Shown: positions 15,121 through 30,813, counted from the first letter of the stretch. The stretch: 64,000 bases of DNA from the human T2T-CHM13v2.0 reference genome, Homo sapiens (GCF_009914755.1 NC_060933.1), one strand, 5' to 3'. Translations and numbers: made by a program. Notes: generated from the sequence alone by a model not told the origin.

Positions 15121-15350
15121 ATAAGTTGTCTTTTGACATAGTTTCCCATCACTTCATGTCAGCATTATAGGAGTCTTAGGCATACATCGTTGACCCTCAT
15201 TGTCTATGTCGAGATAAGTGAAGTGGCTGATGAGGATCAAACAAACCAGAACTGAATGAGAACCAAGATCTCCTGAACCTTCATTTAACCATTAATTTAT
15301 TTATTCATGCATTTATTCATTTAACCATTAAATATTAAGAGCCTAAAGGC

Positions 15351-15542
15351 AGAATTATTAGATAAACTATAGGACATTCAATTAAATTTGAATTTCAGAT
15401 AAACAATAAATAAATTTTGGTGCAAGTATGTTCTAAATATTGCATGGGACATACTTATATTAAAATTTAATTGTTGTTGTTTATCTGAAATTCATATTCA
15501 GTTGATCATCCTGTATTTTTATTTACTAAATCTGACAACCCT
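15351..15542. mobile_element. MER53 palindromic MITE inserted in an L2 3' end
   Basis: aaatttgaatttcagataaacaa...aagtatgttctaaatattgcatgggacatactt...ttgtttatctgaaattca...ctgacaaccct; the arms are reverse complements. Confidence 0.85.
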
Positions 15543-15544
15543 AC

Positions 15545-16440
15545 TATATATAAGGTTACTATGTAGCAGGCACTTTACTAAGAAATAAGAGCATATTGGA
15601 AAATAAAGTATACCCAATCATTGTCCTCCTGGAACTTAAAATGACTGAGGCAGACATTAATAAAAACCACTGCATAGATAATTTTAAACAGTATATTGTG
15701 ATAATTTCTTAGGAAGGTAAAGTACAGGGTGTAAAAGCAGGAACTAACTTGATCTGAAGCACTAGTGAAACCTTTTTTGGGAAAGGTATATTTGAACTGA
15801 GATCTGAGGGTTAGGCAGGATTTAATTAGATAAATAGAGTGAAAAGAGGACTTTTTTTGGACAGAAGGATCAATATGTATGAAGTGATCCTGAGGTAGGA
15901 GGAGTTATGGTCTGCTGGAAGGATGGGAAGAAAGCACGGTCGCTGAGACTTAGAGATGGAGGATGAGAATGACAAAAGGCTTGGGGAGGTGGGCTGGGTG
16001 GGCAGGGGCCAAGACAAATGAAGCCTTGTAGTTCATTTTCAGAATGTTGGACTTTGTTCTAGCAAAAGGTTAAATCATTGATAAGGTAATCTTATCATTA
16101 GATAAGATTTAGATGACTAAAGCTGAGTTGTCAAAACATTGCCTAGTGATGGGTGGAGAGTTTAAGACCCAGGAGGAACAAGCAGATCTGTTAGGGACCT
16201 CTGCAGTAATGCAGGTGCGAACGATAGTGCCTTGGACCAAGGTGCTGGCCCAGGGTTAGGAGAGAGAACATTTGAATGCATTGTCCTTCCCATTACCTTA
16301 GTCTGTCAGGCAAGAGATGACATTAGTGATCATGAAAATGGAAAGGAAAGGATCGATACAAGAGACACTATAAAAGTAAAATTGACAGGGCTGGTTCAAT
16401 AAGTGCTTCTTGATTGATTGACTAGAAATTAATGTCTGAT
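15545..16440 (-). mobile_element. L2 LINE fragment
   Basis: actatgtagcaggcact..., atttgaactgagatctga, gcagtaatgcaggtg: typical antisense L2. Confidence 0.65.
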
Positions 16441-16568
16441 GCCTTCTGTGGAAAGAAAAAAAAGCACACACATTATGCAACTGTTTAAAAATTGCTCCTT
16501 TATGTTCTCCTAGCTCTTTTAATGTCATCAAATGTCACCTCTTCTGATTGTGTGCATGTAATACGACA

Positions 16569-16708
16569 TGTAATTAATCCTGCAGGTAGCAGGATGTGTA
16601 ATTAAGCATATATGCATGGTGACTTGTAATTAAGCACACATTTATTGTGATGTGTGCATTGGTGGATGCTTCCTGGTGTGTGTAATTATGCATATGTCAG
16701 ATGACATG
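16569..16708. repeat. Degenerate 28-bp-period array of TGTAATTA motifs
   Basis: TGTAATTA at 16569, 16597, 16625 and 16681 (steps 28, 28, 56). Confidence 0.75.
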
Positions 16709-17139
16709 GAATCACAACTCGTTCGGTGAACTGGCTAAGGTCTCAACTCCTATCCCGACCTGTTAATTGGTATTAATCTACCTCTTTTAGAAAAACATCT
16801 TTGGTAATTGAACCTGCTCTACTCTGAAGCATAAGCTATGGAAACATTCATGGATGCCAAAAAGAGGGCTCTATTTTCTTTCAATGTGTATGCAATTGAT
16901 ATACATCAATAATTCAAAAGAGAATATTAGGAGCAATTTCCAAACAATCTTCTATGTATAATAAAATGTTCTTATGAAGTCAACAAAATAACACACCTTC
17001 CCCAATCATTTCTCCTGTCAAAGAAGACAGCCTGGAACGGCGAAAGAGCATATTCTGTAGTCCTTAGTAATCTTCAGACAGATATTAAGCCATCCTATCT
17101 ACCAATGAAGCCTGACTTGTCTACTTAGGATTGGTTTTG

Positions 17140-17330
17140 GGAGTCAGACTGAACTTAGTTCAATTCCTACACAGCGATTTATTAACTTCATTGGGCAAAC
17201 TACTTGTCCGCTTTAAGCCTCAGTTTTCTAACTTGTAAAATAAGAATAATAATGATAGCATCTTGCTCAAGGTTATTAGAATCAAACGAGTTTGCATCAA
17301 AGGGCTTAGCATGAAATAAGATGCACACTT
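17140..17330 (+). mobile_element. MIR
   Basis: gagtcagactgaac...gcctcagttttctaacttgtaaaat. Confidence 0.65.
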
Positions 17331-17629
17331 GTTAACTAGGTACACTTATATATATTATCGTTTTCAATCCCCACCATAATTCCACAACAGAGATATTATT
17401 CCATGCTATAAATGGGGATATTGAAGTTCAGAGGAGTTTGTAGTCTCACACAGCTATTAGGAAAGGAAGAAGTTCAAAGCCAGCCTATCAATGCTATATA
17501 TTGTGCTTCTTCCTTTTGGTTATAATAAGACTTTGTTTTATTATAGGCTCTATATATAAGGGTGGCATATATATAACTTTCCAGCCTGCTGGACTCATTG
17601 GAGAAAATAGAACATAAATGTTAACAGTA

Positions 17630-17850
17630 GAAGTGCTGGAACCAAAAAAACCTAAATAAGAGTCCCAGATCTGTTACTCATCACTGGCGGGAGCTTAGCA
17701 AACTATTTCCCCCTCTCAGATCTTCAGTTTCTTCATCTGTAATATGGGACTATTAATACTGTACTCATAGTATTACCAAGACGATTAAAGGCAAATTTGT
17801 ATGCAGTAGTAACCACAGAACCTGGCAAATAATGTTTGCTCAAGGGGAGC
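17630..17850 (+). mobile_element. MIR
   Basis: cttcagtttcttcatctgtaatatggg...cacagaacctggca. Confidence 0.65.
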
Positions 17851-20039
17851 TGCCATTATAATTTTTTTTCTTTTTCTCCTTTTTCTTCTTCTTCCTCTTT
17901 GCAGCCTCTCAGCATCAAACACTTTTGCATGGCACCAAGTAGGATCATCTCAGGAAATGTGTGTTCAAGTGAGTTGAACCAGATGTTTTACTGAAAACCC
18001 TTAGGCCCGGAGATGAAACTTTTTACCTAGAAACTTTTTGAACAATGGAATGGGGTTCTCCTAGACCAAGGCGGCTTGTTGCTGCTGCATCAGCCTGGTA
18101 AGCGGATGGGCAGAAGAGGCTAGATCCCAGGCCCCAGCTTCCCAGCTTTCCCAGCCCTAACCTGCCTCCTTCATCTCAGTCTTGTGATTCAACTACAAAG
18201 CCTCCAGCATCAGACAAACACTGTCTGTCTCACATACTCAGTTATCATGTCAACAGTGAGACACAGGGCGTCAGAGTGACAGGGGTTTATCATGAGGCCG
18301 AAATGTTTGCTGTCTGCACAGGAGAATGGTTTTGCTGGAAATAAGGAGGGAAAGAACACAGGTGCCTGATGGGGCTTGGCAGCTGATTTTATTTCTTTGT
18401 CAGAAATAATCTTCACTCTCATGCTAAGGATAGAGAAGCTTAGGGAACTGCAGAGGGGAAGAAAGCTTAGATATCCCACCCAGATGGCATGCCAGACCCA
18501 CTGAGATGGATGAGAACAGGAGCCAATGAGAGGCAGATCAGCTCCAGCCAAGGTCCCCCTCACCCATCAACTCAGAATACCATGACTTTCCTGGGGTGCC
18601 CCGTGAGCCCTATCCTTGCCAATGACCTTGATCTACTGGTTTGAAAGATGACAAGGCAAATTTGACTGCTGATTGTAGAAAATACATAGAACCTTCTCTT
18701 CATTACTCATCAGCTACCATTTTATTCCAAGACTATATGTCTTCTGATTCTGCCCTTTGATATCTTAGCTTGATTTCCCCACCTTAACACTTAATATTGC
18801 CCATCAAGGAACTTTGTTTCAGACCCATTGCTCTGGCATTCTTTACTCTTAAGAGTCACTTGAAATGCATTCAAGTGGGAAAACTTTCTACCATCTGTCT
18901 GGTATTTCAACCTGAAAAGAATACCCCACTTCATATGCGTGTACACACACACACACACCCTCCAGAAGAGAAATTGCTGGTCTAAATAGCAAAGCCTGAT
19001 ATTCACTGGGCTTCATTTAACTAGTGGGCAGAGTCACTGCTTTGAAGATGAAGCATATCTGAGCCCATGCTGCCTCTCCATTAGTGACTACCATCCTCCT
19101 GAATGACAGTCCTTGTCCCAGAGCCTGTTTGAGTAAGTAGATTCAAAGTGTGTTATGCAGACCCTACCATTTAGATCAGTGGAATATAGAATACTTAAGT
19201 TTGTGATTGCAGGCCTTGTATACCAGCATCTCTTAGCAAAGATGATTGGCCATTTGGAAAGTGCTTTGTGGGCCCACATATTTTTACTCATAAAATCTGT
19301 ACCTTTGTTCCCCCATTTTACCATTTTCCATATAAGCATTGTTTCCTCTTCAGTGAGTTCCAGAGGAGATTAGCGATGAAATACCAAACCCTTACCCAGA
19401 ACACTTTGTAGAAGCACCACCTTGGCTTTGAAGTCCCAGGACTCACCTGGTAAGTCCTTGAACAATTCAGACAGAAACACATTATTTTACAGTAGATCTA
19501 ACAGTGATTTAAATTGATTTGGCATCTTAGTTGTGCATGTAGATAACCATCTTATCAAAGATAGAGATTTACATGTACAATATATATATAGAAGTCAGGG
19601 TTAAAAAAGATAACAATTTTGGGAAAGGCTTTTCGGATCTTAGGAATGCCACATTCAACAAATTGGTACTAATTTTCCCCCAAAGGACCAAGAACTACAT
19701 TAGGTACCAGGGATTCAACATGAGTAAGTCATAGCCACTACCTCAAGAAGCCTCCAGTCTAATGGGCAGGAAGGCAAGTAAATAGGTCCTGATATACTAT
19801 GATAAGTGCTATATGCAGAGTGAACACAGGGCACTGAGGCAGGCGTTCTGACTCATAAAGGACAAGTGGAAGATAAGTAGGGAAGGCAGAGGGCATTCCA
19901 GAAAGAAGGGCTAGAATGTGCAAAGGCAGGGAACTGAGATCAAACATGGCATGGATAAGAGGAGCTGCGTGGAGGTCAGTTTTGTTGGATCAATGGTATA
20001 GAGTAGATGTAAATGGGGAATGGTTTATAGTGCTGATGA

Positions 20040-20260
20040 GTGCAGGCTCAGAATGAGGCTACCAGAATTCAGACCTGAGCTTTGTCCCTTACTAATTGAG
20101 AACCTTGTGTAAGTTTTCTACCTTCCCCAAGCCTCAGCCTCCTCATTTGTACAATAGGGATCACAATAGTCCCTATCTTATAAGGTTGGCATAAGGATTA
20201 AATGAGCTATTGCCTACACAGTGGTTAGAACTCTGTGGGACACAGAGTAAGTGCTGAACA
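20040..20260 (+). mobile_element. MIR
   Basis: gcctcagcctcctcatttgtacaataggg...aggattaaatgag. Confidence 0.7.
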
Positions 20261-20410
20261 GAATGGTGGCTGGATGTGATATAGACAAAGAAGGGGACGG
20301 TGATTAGAATAAACCTGTGCAGAGATGAGGTTGGCAGAGCTCAGATCCTGAAGGCATTGTTAGTTGTGCTAAAAAATAAGATCTGAACTCTACCCATAAA
20401 GAGTTTGACA

Positions 20411-20723
<313 letters not shown>

Positions 20724-22549
20724 TCATCCATAAGGGGAAAGACAATTACAACAGGGTGAGATAAATGTGACCATGTGGAGAGAGAGTGGGTGGTGATGAG
20801 GAAGCTCAGAGAAGGGCCTGGGAGCTGGTGGGACTGAGGGAGATTTCCCAGAGGAGATGAGGGTTGGGGGAAGTCCTGAAGGAGGTGACCTAGCTGCAAC
20901 GCGGGGTTTGGGGAAAAGGACAAGCTGTGATGGGAAGGAAGCACTGCTCGGGTGTATGGTGCAGGCAGAAACTATTTCCAGTAGGTCAGGACAGGAAGAA
21001 CTGCATGTTCTGGCCAAAAGTTCTAGATACCTAGAAAGTGCATAGAGAAAAGCATCATGGAACCTTGCTGTGCAGGTACCTTGGGAAGCAGTTTCATATA
21101 TTCTCTCATTTAATCTTTCTTACTCCCTGAAAGGTATGAAATCCCCCTTTTACAGAGGAGCTCCATGAGGTCAAATGATTTACCCAAGATCATAAAGGTA
21201 AATGGTGGAACAGAGCTGTGAAGCCCAAGTTCATCTGACTTCAATACCTGGACATGCAAGCATTAATTTCAGATATCTAAACTTCAGGTAAGATGCGTCC
21301 CTGAACATGTTTTTCCAGAAGACAAGGAAGCGATTGTTCTAGATGAGAACCCAAGGGAAGTCCATAAAGCCAGAGAGTCCTTTTAAAGCATAAGTGCAGT
21401 TAAGTGACACTAGGAGATGAAGCAATTCTTAGTGTATTAGCATGTGTGTATGGATGGGTGCACATACGTGTTGCTGCATGTACAGGTGCATTACCAAGGC
21501 TATGCCCCTTTTGCTATTGGTTAGTTTTATTTGCTCCATATACATGCATTGCAGATAGGTTGGTAGACAGACAAACAGACTTACATATATGCAGATGGAC
21601 AGATTAAGGGGGAAGGGGTCATAAAGGCATCTCAACTACCCTGGTGGTTGACTCTAATAAAACAGCTCTGTTGGAATAATGCAGTGTCTGAGAGATGGGG
21701 TGTAATATGGTTAAATGCTTTTACAGTTCCCCATTAAAGTAAGAGGATGGAAATTCATAAAATATTGATAGCATTTGAAATGTGTTCATTCACAGCTCTG
21801 CCCAGAATCTCAAGTGGTAGCAGGGTGGCTGGCCCAGGCAGATGGCATGCCTGAACCACTGCAGCCCCCCGATGCCCAAGTATCTAGGATGTCATCTGGC
21901 CACCTGAGCCTAGGATGGGAGTACAGTGAGAGGCAAGGTGGTGGGGTGGGGAAGGAGGGCTCATTTTTCAGTTCCTATGCCCAGAAAAGAAAGAATAGAC
22001 AGAGGAGGTGTAGCCACCACTTACGCAAAATTGTAAAGTCAGCTCTGCAAAGTCGACAGGTCTCCAAGTAGACCTTTTATTTTTGTAATGCTTCTTCCAC
22101 CACTCCAACCATGAGAAAGAATGAGGGTTTGATTCCACTCTCCACCCACTGGATGCAACTGATTGTGCCAGGAGTGAATGCCTGGACACAAGGGACTGAT
22201 CAGAATCTTTTCCTGGAAAATCTTAAATGGTGCCCCAGGGAACCTGCCCTTAATTGGTGTACACAGCCACAGACTACTCATAACCCTGCTCCTCACCATG
22301 GAGACAAAACCTTCCAAGAGGACAAAACTTGCACAAAGAGAAAAGCAGAAACAGAGATGGAAACAGGTCTTATGACATTCAGAACCTTGGTTTAGTCAAG
22401 CCAGGGGAGCAACTGAAACACTGTTTTAATTAAAAAAAAAAACTAAAAAACTTTCTGGTTTTGCCTAAGAAAAATTGACTTCTAGAAAATGTTACCTTCA
22501 AACCCATTTTACTTTATATCCTCCATATGTTATCTAGTAATTAATAATT

Positions 22550-22805
22550 ACATGTAATGCTTATTGACCATTTTCCATGTACTGATCATTTTGCTAAATT
22601 CCTTTAGGAATTTTCTTATGGAATCCTCCAAGTAATCCTATGAAGTTGCTGTTATTGTCATTACCATTTTATAGATGAAGAAACTGAGATTATAAGGGGA
22701 GATGCAGCTCCCTAATTTTGTGTATTTATTAAATAGCAGATCCAGGAATCAAATGAGATTAAGTTTTATGCCAACCTTATGTTCTTAACCAGCATACTCT
22801 ACTTC
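22550..22805 (-). mobile_element. MIR
   Basis: ccattttatagatgaagaaactgag. Confidence 0.65.
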
Positions 22806-23929
22806 CTCCCTAAAGTACTCCTGAAAATCTAGACTGACAATCTCAGAGTAGTGTGTAACTGATCCCCGGCTCTTGTCTCCTCCAGGCAATCACTCCATCG
22901 TCTACGTGTTCTCACAACCAAACAAGTATTGATACGGTCCCTGTCCTAAGTCAGGACCTCATCACCTCTCACCTGGGCTAGAGCCTCCTACTTGATCTCT
23001 TAGGCCCTAGTCTTTGTCAAAGAAAATCTGTCCCCCACTTTGGAAGTGTCCTTTTTCTTGTTATCAAATGCTGCTTTAAACATGCTACTAGTTTGCTAGA
23101 GAATCTTCAGTGAAAACACATTTTAAACCAGACTAAGGTCAAATTCTTCATGAGACATTCAATATTTTTCACAGGCTGACCCCAAACCACCTACAAGTCT
23201 CCATAACATCTCCTGTTCTCTGTTCATACTGGAAGGACTTCTCATTTCTAACACAATGCTTTTGTATGTGCATGTGTGTGTGTGCCTCTCTTCCTGTCCT
23301 TTTCCTGTTCTCTGGCAGAGCTGATCTTTTCACAAGATGACACAGTTTCTGAGAAGGAGATCTAGAGCTGAAACCAAGGTTTCCTTCCTGACTCCCAGTG
23401 TCTACTTGCTACGATAATTCCCTTAATGTTTTTTCCCCTCTTCTTTGATGAGGACACTGAGCTGTTCAAATTCTAAAATTCTGTACTTCTGTCTTTAGCA
23501 ATGAAGGCATTAAAGATCTCTGTTACCATACAATTCCTGGGAAGAAAAATATTATCCTTTTTTTCTTGATTCGCAAGATCATAATTTGTCATACACTAGC
23601 ATCTTTAAAGACTTTGAGGTGATGTGTCATAGGATATATATGTTCTAATACATAGGAGAGAAATGTCTAAAGTCTGCAATCATTTCCAAAATTATTGGAA
23701 TTTATGAAACACATTCTATTCACGAAATGTCCTGGGATGGACCCAGGAAAGTCTAGGTGAAGGTCAGAATGAGACTATTTGGAGGGAAGATAAAATGGAT
23801 AGGAGACAACAAAAATATTGTTATTTTTGTCTTTTGGCCAATTATTCCACGGATAAAATAATTATTAGGCTAGAAATTTTTTTAAAGGACTTTTAGTCCT
23901 TAACTTTCTAGCCAGTATAAAACTTCCCT

Positions 23930-24225
<296 letters not shown>

Positions 24226-25409
24226 AACTTCCCTGAACAACGTATTTGACAGCTGGTAACCCAGTCTCTCCTACAACTCCTCTAGAACAGACAGTAATTG
24301 GTCTGTTCGGACTTTCTGTCTCTGCTGAGTTCAGTTTTGCCAAGTTCTAATTCTCTTTAAAAAGTATCAATTTCATGTGCTTTTCAAATGTATTCCATAG
24401 GATCATACAAAGCAGTCTCTTAAGATTTTTTCTTTTAATAGTTATTTATACCTTATTTTAAGTTTTATATTTCTATATTTTCCTCATTTTAGTTTTTTGA
24501 TTCGTGGTTTGCTAGTGGCTTATTTTATTGTTTTTTTTTTTCAAAGTACCACTTTGGGATTTATTTATTAGTTCCATTTTTTCTGCTTTCTATTTAATTA
24601 ATTTCTATCTTTATTAATGCCTTTTTTATGCTTTCTTTGAGTTTACTTTCTTGCAGTTTTACTAGCTTTTCTGAGTTAGGTGTTTTATATTTTTTATTTT
24701 AAAGACTGTATTGGTATAGGAATTTCATGCTATGATATTTTTCTCTAGAAAATGCTTTGGCTTCACAAAAAAATAGATTTTTTGTGTTATATTTTCACCG
24801 TTATTAGCTTTTTCAAATAATTTTATAATTTTATTTTTCTTTCCTCAATGTTTGTTTAGTAACTGTGTTGCTAAATATGTTGGTAGAGACACATTTTTTT
24901 AAATTTTTATATATTTCTACTTTTTTCAAATATTATCATAATTTTTATTATTTCTGTTTTATGGAATTTATTGCAGGGGTGTATTCGTGTATGTAGACAT
25001 GCATATTGTCCTAAAATAAACATAAATGTGTGGATGTTCTATGCACACTAGAAAACAACTTTTATTCTGAGTTATTAAAGTTTGGAAACTTACTGATTAT
25101 CTGGTTTAGGCCTTCTAAATATTATTAAATATTGTCCACTTTATGCATCTTTGCTTGAGTTAGATACATTAGATACTGCTATGAATTTAATTCCTTCTAG
25201 CATTTCTTGTAGTGGGATTTTTCAGTGCTAAAACCAGGAATGTCCTAGGCAAACTGGACAAGTTAGTCATCCTATCTAAATTCTACCTTTCCTCAGATTA
25301 TGAATCCTGATTTATTTTATTTATCTATTTTTTGGTAACAGCTTCACTAAGATATAATGCACCTAGTTGGTGTATGGAACTTAATGTTTTTAGTATATTC
25401 ACAGAATTG

Positions 25410-25680
25410 TGCAACCAATGAAATGAATTAACCACATGATGGAATATTATTTGGCAATAAAAAGGACTGAGTATTAATATATACTATAACATGGATAAGC
25501 CTTGGAAGCATTATGCTAAGTGAAAGAAGGCAGTCACAAAAGAGCTCACATTATATGCTTCTGTTGTTATGAATCATGCAGAATGGCAAATCCATAGAAA
25601 CAAAAAGATTCGTGGTTGCTTAGGATTAGGGGGTTGGAGGGAAATGCAAGTTGGCTGCAAATGGGTGTGGGTTTCTTTGT
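25410..25680 (+). mobile_element. Old L1M 3' end
   Basis: atggaatattatttggcaataaaaagg...cattatgctaagtgaaagaaggcagtcacaaaa...gcaaatccatagaaaca. Confidence 0.75.
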
Positions 25681-25731
25681 TATACAAATAATAAAATAAC
25701 AAAAAAACCCAAAACATTATTTGATTTATTT

Positions 25732-27869
<2,138 letters not shown>

Positions 27870-27879
27870 TTTATTTTAT

Positions 27880-29600
27880 TTTCATTTGGCTGATATATAT
27901 TCTTTTATTTTTATTTTTAAAAATTTACTTTATTTTTGACCTATCTCTCTTAGTCTTAGGTTGCTGTATCTCTTATTGATAGCAGAGTATAGAATTTGTT
28001 TTGTTAGAGAAACTAGATTTTTTAAATAGGTGAATTAAGCCCTGACATTTATTGATATGGTTGTTATATTTGTCCTGTGCTGTGTCATATTATCTAGTAT
28101 TATAAGTATACTATGTTTTAGGCAACTTTTTTTCTACAATATAATTTATTTTATGTATTTCTATCTTTTTAAGGCTTTTCTGGGGGAAGGGAGTGGAGCA
28201 CTTAGGAAGGTTTGTATTTTTGTCCTAATTACCTTCTGTATACCTTTATATAACACTTCTTGTCTCCCCCACTGCCAATGTACAATTTGGTACTATGAAT
28301 AATATTGAAATTTGCTAGAAACATCTTCTTCACCTTTTTATATCCCAGAAACTAATCTGAAACAAGATCCTTTTACTCATTTATTTACTTATAGTTAATA
28401 ACTATAAAGACCTCATAAGCTTAATATAGTTTTCATATGCTCTATCCTTTACCTCCTTTTTAAAAATACATGCACTGTTTCTACAGTTTCAGGGCATATA
28501 GGTGTTATAGCCTATAGTGTCTCCCTTATAACCATTATTTATACTTAGTACCACAGGCAGGTATATACTTAAAGCTTGCCACCAGGCCTTCTGTTAGCAT
28601 CTCTCTAGTCATTTTCATTCTCTGGTAGTTTGCTTGGGAAAGGCTCCTGGGAACAATATTTCCTAAGTTCTTGCTTGTTGATAGCAGTTTGTCTGCAGTC
28701 TTTATACTTGAAAGTAAGTTTGGCTAGATTTATAATATATGGCTCATATTTTCCTTCCTTGAGTATCTTAAAAATGTCACTCTATTGTCTCCTGGCATAA
28801 AGCGTTGCTGTCAAAAAGTCTGACGACAATCGGATTTTCTTTCCTTTTTAAAGTGACTTAGTCCTTTTGCCTCAGAGCCCAGAATATGTTTTAGGATGTT
28901 TTAGCATTGGTCATTCTGGGTCATTTTTCTCAAGTACTATATGGTGTTCTTTTTCAGTATGGTTTTCAATCTTTCATTATTCGTTTTTAATTTTAGGAAA
29001 GCTGCTTTAAAATGTTATTTTGATTCATTTGGCTTTTTCTTCTCTGTGAACTCTTATTATATACAACATGCGTGTGTGTGTGTGTGTGTGTTGTTCTCTA
29101 CTTACCTTCTATTTCTGCCACTTTGAAATATTTTTAAATCTCATCTGTCACTTGTTTTGATATTTAAAATTTTACTCCTTTTCACTTTTATTTCATAAGG
29201 CATTGTCTCCTCTATGTATTCGCTTGTGTGTTTTTCCAGTTTAATCTTTATTTCTGAAATGACGTTTTTATTTCCAATTCTTTCTTGAATTCTATAACCT
29301 CATTACTAACTTCTTATTTTTCTGATTTATGTTTTTCTTTCATCTCTCCATAATTTCATTAATTTCTTTTGGTTCATTTCGAAGTTTTAGGCTACAGTTT
29401 CCATCTGTGTTGTAGGAATTTTTATGGTGTTTTATTGTTAGTAGATTGCCAATAGAGATTTCATTCTCAATCTTCTTTATTAATACATTTGCATGGGACT
29501 CAAACTTGATCCTTTTTTGTTGCCTGTTCTCATGTGAAATTAATTTTCTTGAGCTCTTCGGAGGAAGAAATGAGTCAAAACAGATTTTCTAGCTTCATAG
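27880..29600 (-). mobile_element. Ancient degraded L1M internal sequence
   Basis: T-rich antisense L1M-like tract (ttatacttgaaagtaagtttggctagatttataatat; gttgctgtcaaaaagtctga); probably continuous with 24400-25200. Confidence 0.5.
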
Positions 29601-30757
29601 TACTAGAGCATTCTCTTCTGTTGTTTCCTAAAACAGCCTTGTGCTTTCTGAGCTCTCCCACTTTTATCTTCTTTCTTTTGTTCTATTGTCTCTATCCAGC
29701 TTAATCTGGATTCTGTTTCCTGCAGTTTCCCACCTATGTGGGAGTTTGTCCTAGAATGGAGCTTAGGGAGATCCTTTTGAAAGCTCATTGAACTCAGGCT
29801 ATTCCAGCCCCTTTAGACCTTCTTGGGGATGTCTGCAGTGCAATGCATACAAGAGTGTACAAAACCGTAGCAGATAAAGATGCTGCTTCCAAATTCTTCC
29901 CCCTGCCTTGCATTGAATATCGGATGGAGATTTGGCTCTTCTGCTTTTAGGGCCATCAGAGAACCTGTTTCACCCTTCTGTGTTTCCCCTTCCAGATGCT
30001 AATACTATACAGGTCTGAAAGTGATGTCGTGTTGTCCTCAACACATCTCTTTCAAACATTTTCAGATCTGCATAGTATCAGAATGATTTTGATGCTTAGA
30101 AGCTACATTGATAATATAGTTATTTTACATAAATATTATCAGTAGGTTTTTGGTTTTGACACTCCAGTTCTGATTTTAGTGGTGATTTAAGGAGATGCAA
30201 AAGCCATCTCATCAACGTTATCTTCCCAGAATTTGCTGTATTGCCTTTGGAGTGATCTTTAAAAGACTCGTTTACAATGACATCCAACATGTGCAATTGC
30301 CAACTCGCCATGAATAATCACCGAATCTATGTTAAAGGTCTTTGCCTCATTTGTTACTGATTCTGTCACATGGCCTCTATAAACCTCTACAAACATGCAC
30401 AATTCATGTTACTTGAGGTTATTTTAGACAAATGTGTCTTACTCAAACATTAATTCATTATTCAATATAAACTATTGAGAAAATCTTTGTAAAGACAAAG
30501 ACATAAGTAGACTTCCTCTTTGGGGGGTATGTCATTTAGAAAACAAAAAGTCTTCCCTGCATGCAGTGTAGTCATTGAAAACAAGGCTGGGATGTTAGAC
30601 TGAAGTTAGGACAGAGAGGGACACAAAACAGTGTCAGTCCCATGAGAGTCGGATGGGTGGTCTAACAACCATCAGTTCTGTAGCTGCTCAGAGAACTGAA
30701 AGCCTGGTGAGAGCTTAGTATCTGCGACATCGTTTATGGAGAACAGACTTTGAATAG

Positions 30758-30813
30758 GGTCTGAGAAAATGAATATATTTGGATAGGTCTGAGAAAATGA
30801 ATATATCTGGATA
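30758..30813. repeat. 28-bp tandem duplication
   Basis: GGTCTGAGAAAATGAATATAT[T/C]TGGATA x2, 27/28 identical. Confidence 0.9.

Noticed and set aside
16569-16708. Repeat-spacer pattern as a CRISPR-like array
   Set aside because: The repeat core is only 8-16 bp, the context is human, and there are no cas genes; reported instead as a phased motif array
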